Shown: positions 47,696 to 59,302 of the stretch, in pieces
How positions within the stretch are numbered: position 1 is the stretch's first letter
Layout: each line of letters opens with the position of its first letter
Origin: Hormiphora californensis
Lineage: Eukaryota > Animalia > Ctenophora
Length of the DNA: 64,000 bases
Direction: 5' to 3'
NCBI GenBank assembly: GCA_020137815.1
Contig: CM035355.1
Span: 3,782,001 to 3,846,000 of the forward strand
The notes under the pieces: model-generated
Told to the model about the DNA's origin: nothing
Database searches by the model: none
What the model saw: the letters and a program-made list of their open reading frames with translations, nothing else
Program-made: the position numbers and the translations under genes

Positions 47696-49470
47696 GGCAG
47701 TAGATTCATTGAGAGCTATAAAGGGTGGATTCAAACGGTTATCATGCTAAAACTCAAGTCGAAAACAGAAACATGAAAGCAAAAATTTGCTTTTTTCAGC
47801 ACGGGGAGGGAGGGTCGAACAAGGCAAGCAAAAATAGTAACAGATACTATTAAAAAATATTGCCGGTATAGTAGGATCACCTTCCTTCAGTTTAAGGGCC
47901 AACAGCAGGCCGGTATAATTGTGCAATGAGCAATCAGGCCATGTTCTATCTATCTATATACTGGCGAAATCTAATCCAATCAAGCATTCATCGTGGCCCA
48001 ACATAACACCACTAAGACCTTAGTACCACGTGCAATTACTTTGAAACATTGCCAAACGTACCAACCCGATCAGGACCCATTCAATCCCCCATAACAAATT
48101 CTTACTGTGAAAAAGATCCAACTTTTGAAGGCGAATCAAATGCTGGTACTACTGAGAGTTTTGGAAAAGCTTAGCGGACGAGGCTGTTTATCACTCCCCC
48201 ATGCAAATGTAGGTAGGTAATGCCCTCTTAGAACTAAATATGCTATAAAGGTACAAAAGGCATCCACAACCATCTTATCTGGCTAACGTGGTGCTAATTG
48301 ATAAAACAGGTGGTTAAGTAAAGGATCTGTGAAGCGAAGCGCTAGCCGAGGACAGACTATAAACGGTGATGCTAGCTTAAACGGTGATGACAAGGACTGC
48401 AGCTGGTTTCTTCATCGTGAAGTTCATATTGAATCCAGTCATAGACACCACTATGTTTTAAATGTAGTGGTCTTTCTGAGTCAGATATGAACTAAGAACT
48501 TTCATGAGCTATGATTGGTCGAAACATGTCAGTGACATTTTCAGGAGCGAAGCAGGCGCCAGAAAAGTACGACTCAACCGTTTTGACTAATTCAAATTAG
48601 TTAACTGATAGGAAATATCAAGCCCTTACTCCAGCCCTAACCCCTACCCTACTTTAGCCCTATCCCTAAAAACATTGAGTGCAGTGCTGACACTCAAAAC
48701 ACCCAGATTATATTTTAACGTTTCCCGAGCGTGAATAGGTCGCGTTACGATCTGGGTGTTTGGAGGCCGGAGGCCTGTTTACAGGTGCGTGCTGCCAAAA
48801 AAGTACCTTGCACTTATAATAATTCATGATATTTAATATACCGCTTAATAGTGAATGCCTATACCGCTTAATAGTGAATGCCTGGTTGGGGTGGCGCTCG
48901 AGCTATGCTGCAGAGAAATCTGTACCAAAAATGGACCGTCGCTGAACGCCATTCGTTATAGGAGATCAGCACCACGGCATCGTTCCGACCTACTTAATAG
49001 TGTTTAAAATAAATGGCTTGCTACTGATCCAATCAGATCGATGCTACACCATTTACCACTTTCTAAAGCGGTCTAACCGCCAAACCACTCAACCGTTTTC
49101 TGTCTGGCGCCGCGACCCATCTGAGCGCACTGTCGCGCCCAATTTGAGAATCAAATTGGGGTCTGGCGCCGCCAGACAGACCGTTTTGGTTAATCCAAAG
49201 TTTAACTGATAGGAAATATCAGAACCGAAGCCCAACCCAAACCCCAGCCCTAACCCTAGCCCTACTTTAGCCTAAACCCTATAAAACAGTGAGTGCTGAC
49301 ACTCCGAACACCCGAATTTTAAGGTTGGCCGCGAACGAATGTTTGTATTGAAATTTCAGAAAATTTTGGAACGCGCAATTCGTTTTTCCAGCGTCTTGTG
49401 CGCGGCTCACACCGCGCGCGCACGAATTTACTCCGCAAACAATTCCGTATGCGGTCCAAAACACAGAACC

Positions 49471-49485
49471 GTTGCCTGGAGCAAC
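49471..49485. promoter_or_regulatory. RFX X-box upstream of the dynein gene (second weaker site cttgccataggaaac at 49601-49615)
   Basis: GTTGCC-TGG-AGCAAC fits GTNRCC(N0-3)RGYAAC, ~170 bp before the ATG of a ciliary gene. Confidence 0.7.
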
Positions 49486-49653
49486 CTTTCAAGCTGCACA
49501 GGCTGCCATATCGCATATCAGTTGCTGCTACTCTGTTCACTGAGTCGGTTTGCCCCGTACACATCTTTCCTAACTTTTAAATCCCTTGCTAAACTGTAAA
49601 CTTGCCATAGGAAACCCGCATGTGCTAGAGGGTGAACTCAAGACCACGAAACC

Positions 49654-52600
49654 ATGGCATTTGATTCGGATGCCCGACTGCAGTTCATTGAGCAGTACAC
49701 GCTCAAGACTCTGAAGGTCAAGAACGACAAATGGCAGAAGTTACTCTCCCAGGAGGAGCAAAAACAGATGATCGTTGATTTCGTCGAAAAAGGCGACCAA
49801 GTGAATCTGGTGATGATCCTTCAGACGAATGGCGTGCCATTGCCGTTCTATCAATTCCCTGGAAGTCTGAAGAGCAAGGCGGTGTACTTTGTCAAAAAAG
49901 GAAAAGTAGCACTGCCCAAGGAGAAGTTTAGAAAGGAGCTGATGTATGGGGACCTGTCCAATGCTCCCCTTGAGCAGCTCTCTGCTCTTGTCGACGAGGT
50001 AACTATATCCAATTATCCATTTAGATAAAACGAAACTTCATCTACTGAATTTCTCCCAGCAGTGCTTATTATTCAACCCTCTAACCGCTAACTTTCCTCG
50101 CAGTTGCTGGTCCCGCTTCTATCGAACAAGAAAAACCACACTAACTGGCCTGCAGTGGTGTCTCTTGATGTTGAGAGGCATGTTCACAGCTTGAAGAGCT
50201 CCGTCTTTGTGGTAGCTGGACAAGTGAAGGGAAAGACCCTTCTGCCGCTACCCGTCGGAGCCGAGTCATTCGTCGACAACGATGATGACAAGTATGTTTT
50301 CGTTTAGAGATAAGTCTGGGGTGAATTTGTAACCTTTCTAACTAAAAAGATGTTTCTACCTATTGTCATTTGTGCTAATTCCACTTCTTTTTCCCAGAGC
50401 TGAGAAGAACCTCCGTGCTGCTATCCATCAAATTGAGGGAGTTATCATCGGCTGGAGCCACCAGATCCATGATGTTTTGAAGCGGAAATCCGCCCAGCCC
50501 CTCCTAGAAGGACTGAACCCCGAGCCAATGGTGGAGATCGATTTCTGGGATTCACGAGCTAAAAACCTCGAATGCATCTTCGATCAGGTATGCAACACTG
50601 GAAAGGAATGATGCCCAATTACACTATGTCATTCTGGGGACGACTATTTTTATCTAAAAACCAATTAACCTCGCAGCTTCGATCACAAAAAGTTCGAAAA
50701 ATGGCTGAGATCCTTGAGAGGACAGAGAGCAGTTATTTCAACTCCTTCAAGATTCTATTCCAGGATGTCGTAAATGGTGAGTTAAATGAATGGGCAGCTT
50801 GCCAAATGATCTGGGACTAAACGAGTTGGAAGCTTGCCCAACAATCTGGGATACTTGCCAAGAATTCGGGTTCATTATCAACTCAAAGAGTTGAAAATAT
50901 TTATGGTCCGCTGCATGTTAGCATCCTCAAACTCATTCTCTCCATAGCAGCTGTATAACCCTTTTCCAATTTACAGCCCTGAAGGAAGCACGTGAGATCT
51001 CCATGTATCTGAAACCCTTGAAATGCACCATTGAGGCTGTTGAAGAGGCGGAATTCGACCAAGTCGCACCGAGATTGGCTCCCCTTCTTCATACTCTGTG
51101 TCTAGTTTGGGTTCACAGCGACCACTACCGAATGCCATCCCGAATCATTGTCATTCTCCAGGAAATTTGCAACCTTCTCATTCGACAGGTAATATATCAG
51201 CGTGGTGGGAATAATTTGAGTGCTCCTGGGAAATTCATAATTTAATGTGCTCAACCACATAATCATGATATTTGAATTTGATACTTTATGCCCACTTTAA
51301 GAAAGATTCTCAACTCTGACTTATTTCATCACTAATTTCGGTATCCGAGTTTCAGTCACATTATACTTCAATTTCCAACAGGCAACAGAGTTCCTGGGAC
51401 CTGACGAAATATTCAAGGGAGAGTTGGACGAGGCTCTAACAAAGATCAAGTTTGCTCTGAAAGTCCTGGAGAACTTCAAGGATGACTTTGAAGCCAAGAG
51501 AACGAACCTGAAGGAATATTTCAAGGACAAGGAAGTTGTCCCTTGGGAGTTTGCCTCGGGGCTTGTCTTCCCCCGGTATAACTGCTTCATCTCACGTGTT
51601 CAGCAACTCCAGGTTAGTGTGATGGGTGTCATGGATGTTACAGGTGTGATGGGTGTTATAGGTGACATGGTAACTTGGGTGTTATAGGTGTCAAGGGTGT
51701 TACAGGTGTTATAGGTGACATGGGTGTTATAAGTTAAGTTTGTTTGTAGCGATTCTAATCTAGGCACATCACGAATAGGAAAAACTCTGATACGAAACTG
51801 AAATCAGCCCCTTCATCTATCTAACACCCCCTCTCTTCCAGGACCTGATTGAGACTACCATTGAGTTCAACAGGCTGGAGAAGATTGAGATCGGTGGAAT
51901 CAAGGGTAAGGCCCTGAGCAAGCAGGTGGAGAACTTATTCCTGGAATTCACGGAGTTTGTTACTCTCTTCCAGAATATCACCTACAACTGCTTGGACATC
52001 AAGGATGGGGTAAGTAGGGGAGAGGGTTACATGTTGTCCCCCGCAGTGACCGTTGTGTGGTGGGGACAGTGCTAACACAAAATACGAATAAAAGGAGCGA
52101 AATAATGATTGTCAAAAGATGTTCAGTCAGGTTTTTATCCCATAGAATAAGCCCAAATAATATCTAAAAACACGGCATACTGCCTGAAGCTAATGGCATA
52201 TAAAACATAAGTGGTCATAAGTGGTCATAAGTGATCATACGCGTCTATCGCCTAGCCCCCCCCCCACTCCCGAGTCTCGACTACCTCTGTTTTTAGGGTA
52301 TTGGTGAATGCCACTTAATTTATTTTACGGTAGTCTACCTATATCTGGTATATCATTATAATATTTTATCACTATGGGTCACTGTACAAGTGCGGCGCTG
52401 TATGTTTTAACTCACCTGCTACTATAACAGTTGAGCTTGCAGTACACACACACACAGAGCAACAATCTTGACAAGCAATCAGCCCCCTGCACCGATTGTA
52501 ACTCACGTGACTTTGAAGTGCGATCACATGACATGTAGCGTTACCAAGACACAGCTTGCAGAGTTTTACACGCACACAAAATCTGCTACACATGAGAAAA

Positions 52601-55395
52601 CAGAGCATTATATGCTGCAACGAGAAGTAATAAAGGAAGGAGCAAGGTAGCACGTATAATGGGCGCACTCTAAACTGCACTGTTCACAAAATGTCACACC
52701 CTTTAGTTAGGCCCTAGTACCGACTCTTACCACCCCTAAAAGCGATCACTAGGCAGTAGGATGACATAGGAACGGTGAATTATAGAGAATAATATGTTCT
52801 AAGTTCATAAACCCTGTCTATTTGATGTTAGAGCCTTTCTAGACGAGACAAAATCTCGTATGAGGCTCCTATAGTAGGCTCCTATAGGAGGCTCCTATAG
52901 TAGGTAGCAAGACCACTCTAAACGAGTAACTGGCTACTATAGGAGCCTCCTATAGGAGCCTCATACGAGGCTCGTCTAGAGATGATTTGGACCGTCGTAT
53001 GAGGCTCCTATAGTAGCTATTGCACGTGATCGTTGTCACGTGTGAACGAAATATTATACCGGGGTAAATAATGGGTCGTGTTAACAGGGGGTGAAGTTTG
53101 AATGTAAGGCTTCCACAACGTCCCCGTTTCATATTTCGTTCACACGTGACAACGATCACGTGCAAAAGCTACTATAGGAGCCTCATAGGAGGGTCCAAAT
53201 CATCTCTAGACGAGCCTCGTATGAGCCTCCTATAGTAGGCTGTAATGGTTCAAACTCTAACAGGCTGTTAGAGTAGAAATGAAGCTCTAGACGAGTATCT
53301 ACCTACTATAGGAGCCTCCTATAGGAGCCTCCTATAGTAGCCTCATACGAGATTTTGTCTCGTCTAGAGAGGCTCTTATATACAACTGAAGGTGGTTCCT
53401 CTAAATCACACTAAATCACACTAAATCACACTAAATCACACTAAATCACACTAAATCACACTAAATCACACTGTTTTCAGTCATTCAAAAAGGATTACGA
53501 GAAGTTCAAGAATAAGATAGAGTACCTTGATCTCCGCCTGGCATCCATCATCAACCAAGGATTTGATGATTGTGGCTCGCTGGAGGCTGCTCTAAAGGTA
53601 AGTAAAATCAGTTGTCAACAATATATTAGTCCTGCATCGATCTACAAATCAGGAATGCGGGGGGATAAACTGTTGATGCCCTAGTTAAAATAATGGAGGT
53701 GCAACATCGTTAAAATGATAACAGGGTACAATACAGAAGTTGCTAGAAAAAAAGAACAACAGTGAATAATCTGATTGTTACTATAACGCGTCGTGTCGCG
53801 TGAGGGCTACAACAGGGGTTACAAAAAAAATAGGGGGTTTGAGTACTGCGAGTCATTAAAACTTGAGCGAGAAAAAGGAGGGGGGAGATGACCAATAAAT
53901 ATATTCATTGAAATACATAAAATATTTGATTGTTAGATTAGAAGCCATGACGTGTATCACCACTCCCCCCTTAGTGGCTGTAGGCCGCAGGGGTATGATA
54001 AGATAAGATAAGTATAATAGAAGGAGCTATTTCAACCGGGCTATTTGATTACAACCCCCCTTCAATATGCTAAAAAGCTCCTTCATCAGCATATTATTTT
54101 GCACAATTCTAACCATTACCCCCCCTTACAGATGTTGGATGCGTTTGGTAGCCTGCTGGATAGGCCCATAATCCGATCTGACTTTGAGCCCAAGTTCCCC
54201 AGCCTCATTGCAATGTATGATGAGGAACTAGATGCCACTAAAAAGATGTTTGATCAACAAAACGGACTCCTCAAGGTTGGTATAGTTTTTCCCCGCTCTC
54301 TTCGTTGAGTGACCTTTTCTTTATTGCCTCGGCAATATAAGTGGTTGCGAAGCTAGAGGTGACACTGACTATTACAGTCATTTGGGGGTCATTTGGCAAA
54401 GTCCAATATATTGTGTGGACATTGAATAGCTCCACTTCTCTGATCTTGACAATTCAATTTAAAGCATTACGGCAGACGTCAATATCAAATTAAACGAATT
54501 CAATTCAACCTTCATGGCCGACAACTCCATTATGAAAAACCCCTCGCTACGGGGCGATCACGGAGGGGTGACATCGTTACCAAATTTAGTAATCTTTTTG
54601 AACTGTTCCTACAATTCACACTTCACAGTTAGTGTCAGGCTAACCATCTTCTATGTGACCCAATGCATTCCCCCAACCCTCTTCCTCCCCCAAACAGGAA
54701 TCGAGTACAGTTGTTCTCCACGTGAACATGCCATTTGTTGCGGGAGTGCTACAATGGTGTCAGGGTATGAGGGAGCGCATCTCCCTAATCAAGAGGAAAC
54801 TCTCCCAGATAAACCATGGGTTAGTACAGCTAATTGAATCAATCAAATCCCAGAGTCGACAGTTTTAAATATGTATAACTGATAGGAAATATTTCTCATG
54901 GGTAGTATTCAAAACTGTCAATGGAATTTCGTATTATTCCTGCAAGTTTCCACATGACTGTAATATCGTTCACGCTGGAGAGGGTAGTTTTTGGTGAGAC
55001 AAACTGCAAATATTATGATAATGACACAACCCTATATATTTCAGAGCTATTGAGAGTGCTGAAGCATTGATTGTCTTCCAGAAATATGACCAGATGATGG
55101 AACTCTTACAATCGTAAGAAATCTCAAATAGAAACAAACCTTTGATGTTAGAAATCTCAAATAGAAACAAACCTTTGATGTTAGGAAAACCTGTCATACA
55201 AAACACGTCTAACTTGAATCAATATCACACGCAGGTTCGAGGTGTCTATCTACAAGGACTGGACGAATAGCGTTGGTGAGGTTTCAGAGTTGAATCTTGA
55301 CCTACCCCTGCTTACCCGAAATGAGGAGAGCAAGTTGATTAGCGTCAATTTCGATCCCCAGGTAAGAGAGAGGGAGAGAGAGGGTGAGAGAGAGT

Positions 55396-55473
<78 letters not shown>

Positions 55474-58400
55474 AAGAATGAATGAATCCAAGTTAATTGT
55501 CACACTCTCATGATTTGGCACGTGGCCGGGTGCATTCCTGTTGATTTGATTAAATCAGCCCCCCACATGGGTTCAATAACCCCATTAATTTCAAATTGTG
55601 AAATAATAATCCTACTTTTTCAGCTCGTCTCTGTACTCCGTGAGGTCCGTTACCTCGAATCTGGTAAACGAGAGGATATTGAGATCCCCGGAAGTGCCGC
55701 TAACATTTACGCGAAGAACGACTTGTTTAGACAATACTTGGCTAATCTTGACCTGATCGTCTCAAGGTAAGGAGTAGTAATAGGTCTAGACAAAACTGGT
55801 ACATATAAATTCCAAGAAGTGCCTCTATCAAATATCTCTTGCATGCAGGCTGGGCCTATAAACCATAAAATATTCAAATGGGGAGACATGTTTCTGAGAA
55901 TTCTGAATTTGTCGAGACAGGCTGAGAGAGTAAAATTGATTGTTATGTTCTAACCCTCCTTTACATTTGGGGCGCGAAACACAGTCTAGCTAGGCAAAAA
56001 ACTGAGATATTAATAGTAATTGAAGAATATAAAAACTGAGACCAACAACTCTTATATGTCGACATTTTGATGGTTAAGTGTCAACTTCAGTAGCTCTAAA
56101 TTTTACTACCATTTAAGTTGTCAATTTCACCCCATACAGCAAGGTAGCAAGTATGAAGTTCGTATTACTGGGACTCGTTACTACGAATTCAAACAATTGC
56201 CCTTTTTGGTTTTTGGGCGTGGTGACAGCTAGGTGATAGATGTTCTGTTGAAATTAATATCTTTAGGACAGCTGTTGATAGCATTGAACTATTGAAGCAA
56301 GCAGAGCTTTGAGATAATCAAATATATCACATCTCTACTTTGAAATGTCAGAAGCACTGCTAAACTGACAGATATTTCATAGCGATAGTTATACAGAATT
56401 ATAATTCTTCGAATGAGCGAGAGAATTAGAGATGCAGAGAAAGAAAAGAATTGGGGTAATATTTGAATTTCAAGAATTGGCAGACTTGCAGTGGGTTGGC
56501 GCCCAATAAGAGCATTTGATCTCTATAGTTAACAGAGAATGGGAACAATGTTTCAAAAAGTTAATCTCATTTGTTTGATTACTTGCATCAGATACATAGG
56601 GATTAATAGAGAGAGGGAGGTTAAATAAGATAACCAGAAAGATAGTCAGTCAGATGTCAGAGAAAGATCATAAAGATCAATACTGAAGGCAGAGAGAAAG
56701 ATCAAGGGGATCGACTAGGCTGCATATATTATTTAGTCAAAGAAGGTCAGCTAGATATAGCTCGACTGATCAATAGGATTGGTATCGCCACACTCTTCAA
56801 GAGCCCGTCTGGCACCCAACACTATTTACTGAGAGGGAGAGGGGGGGTCGACAACTCCACTAATTCCCAATGATAACTAGACGGTTCCTTCTACAAGATA
56901 ATATCATCTCTAGACATCTGTGGTTCACTATTCAAATTTCACTTCGGTAACGAAATTACCCCTCCGTGCAATCTCACTGTATGCATGCAATAATAGGGGT
57001 GACTTCATAACCAAAATTTCACTAGAGAATCATACCCTTCAATTATACCTCTAACATACCTCCACTTCTAGGTACAACAAGGTGCGAGATACAGTACTTG
57101 ATGTTGAGTATCCCCTGATTGAGGGACAGCTAAACGCCCTGGATGTCCAGCTCGACCGGGCTATAACATCACTAAACTGGAAGAGCGACAGTGTCTGGGA
57201 GTATATTGAGCATACCCGCGGTGAGACGGGTGACTTGGAGATGAGGGTGTCCACTAGTAAGGACAATGTGGACAGTATCAACAACATCATGGCAAAGTGG
57301 TGTGATTCACCGCTCTACGAGAGGAGGGAGAAGAGAGGTCTTCTAAATCTAGAGGTTTGTGCAGTAGGGTGTTAGTATTATGAAGAGGGTAGGGAATTAA
57401 AATAGTAGGCCCCCCAATGGGTCTCCCAATTGGTCTCCCAATGGGTCTCCCAATTGGTCTCCATACCGATGGGAGACTCCCATTCGTCCACCGAGTAGTT
57501 CTAACTTATCTCTCTCCCCATTCAGGACCGTGCCTCTACTCTCGATGCCCGATATAAGATCATTCAGAATGATGGCGAGAAAATTATGCAAATTGTGAAA
57601 ACCAACCTGGAGCTGTTCAAGGGAACAGAGGATAGCGATCACTGGAGGAACTACCTTGATTACATCGATGACATGATTCTAGATGGTTTCTTTAACGCCG
57701 TCCAGTGCTCCCTGGCCTATCTACTGGAAAACACTGAGTCTGGTGTTGCTGATATCCTGCCCCTTATGGAGGCACGTCTGGAGCTGGCTATCCCTGATAT
57801 GGTCTTTGTGCCATCCTTGGAGTATGGTTCCGAGACTGGATTCATGGAGCTGATCGAGGGTATTGTGGATGATGCGTACAAGCTGTCCTCCCTGATTCCC
57901 CGAATTGCGAAGCACAACGGTATGGACCACTACCAGATCGAGTTGGATGATATGTTGGACCTCAGTGAGATGCGACATGACCTCATGGACCGAGTATCTG
58001 CCGTCATCAACAAGGCCATTGAACAACGGAACCAGTTTGAGAATTACAGCTACCTCTGGACGGAGAACAGAGCGGAATTCCTCCGGCAGTTCCTGCTCTA
58101 CAACCACGTCCTCACCCAAGAGGAGATTGAGAATGCTGGGGAGGATGGTGTTCCAGAGTGTCCCCCAACCCTGGACCAATTCAGGGAACAGATGGATACT
58201 TATGAGAGTCTGTACGATGAGATTGCCCAGCTTCCTGATGTTTACGTGTTCGACCAATGGTTCCGTCTCTCCATCCGGCCCTTTAAACAGAACCTTCTCA
58301 ATGTTGTCCGCAAGTGGAGCCTGATGTTCAAGACACATCTCATTGACCACGTTACAAACAGTTTGAAGTCCCTCCAAGACTTCATCAAGGTCACTAACTC

Positions 58401-59249
58401 TGGTCTAACAGTTGAGGTTGAGGACGGTGATTATGATGGCCTGGTGTCCTGTATGGGTCACCTCCTCAACGTTCGAGACAGGACCGCCACAACGGACGAG
58501 ATGTTTGAACCCCTGAAGCAGACTATTGATCTGTTGAAGAGTTATGAGCACGAGATGAGCGAGGAGGTTCATCTGCAACTCCAGGAACTCCCGGAACAAT
58601 GGAACAATGTTAAGAAACAGGGAGTGATGGTGAAGCAGCAGGTTGCACCCCTCCAGGCTAACGAAGTTGCCATCATTAGGAGGAAATGTACTTCCTTTGA
58701 TGTGAAGCAGCACGAGTTCCGAGAGTAAGTGATTTATTATTTGGGGAGGGAACTGACAGACAGAAACTACAGACTACCTAGAAGTAGGAACAGTAAGTGC
58801 CATCTGGTGATGGATCAGCAGACTGACAGGTTTTAAGAGAAAATATATGCAGACTACCTGGAATTAGAACTATAGGAACAGTCATTTAGGAGAGGGCTGA
58901 CTGACAGAATATAATACAGACTGACCATGACAGAATCTACAGACTACATAGAACTAAAACTGCAGTAGTGATTTGGGTAGGGGGCTGAATGACAAAATAT
59001 TTAATGCCACGCCATATACGATCTAGACTGGAAAGCAAATAAGCAAGTTGAACTACATTACCGGCGGCAAGGCTTGATTAGATTTCTTTTTTCGACTCTT
59101 ACCTATCCAAATGAGCACATCTTACTGTTCATTTGATTCAGTGAGCGTCGAAGAAAAAAACCAAGACACGCATCAGCTTTGATCAAGATTAAATTGAGCT
59201 TTCTCAGCTCCATTCCTAACTTTCTCTCTCTCTCTCTCCCTCTCTCTCT

Positions 59250-59302
<53 letters not shown>

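Noticed and set aside
57721-58713. Long antisense and alternate-frame ORFs over the large dynein exon
   Set aside because: Shadow ORFs of a codon-biased coding exon.
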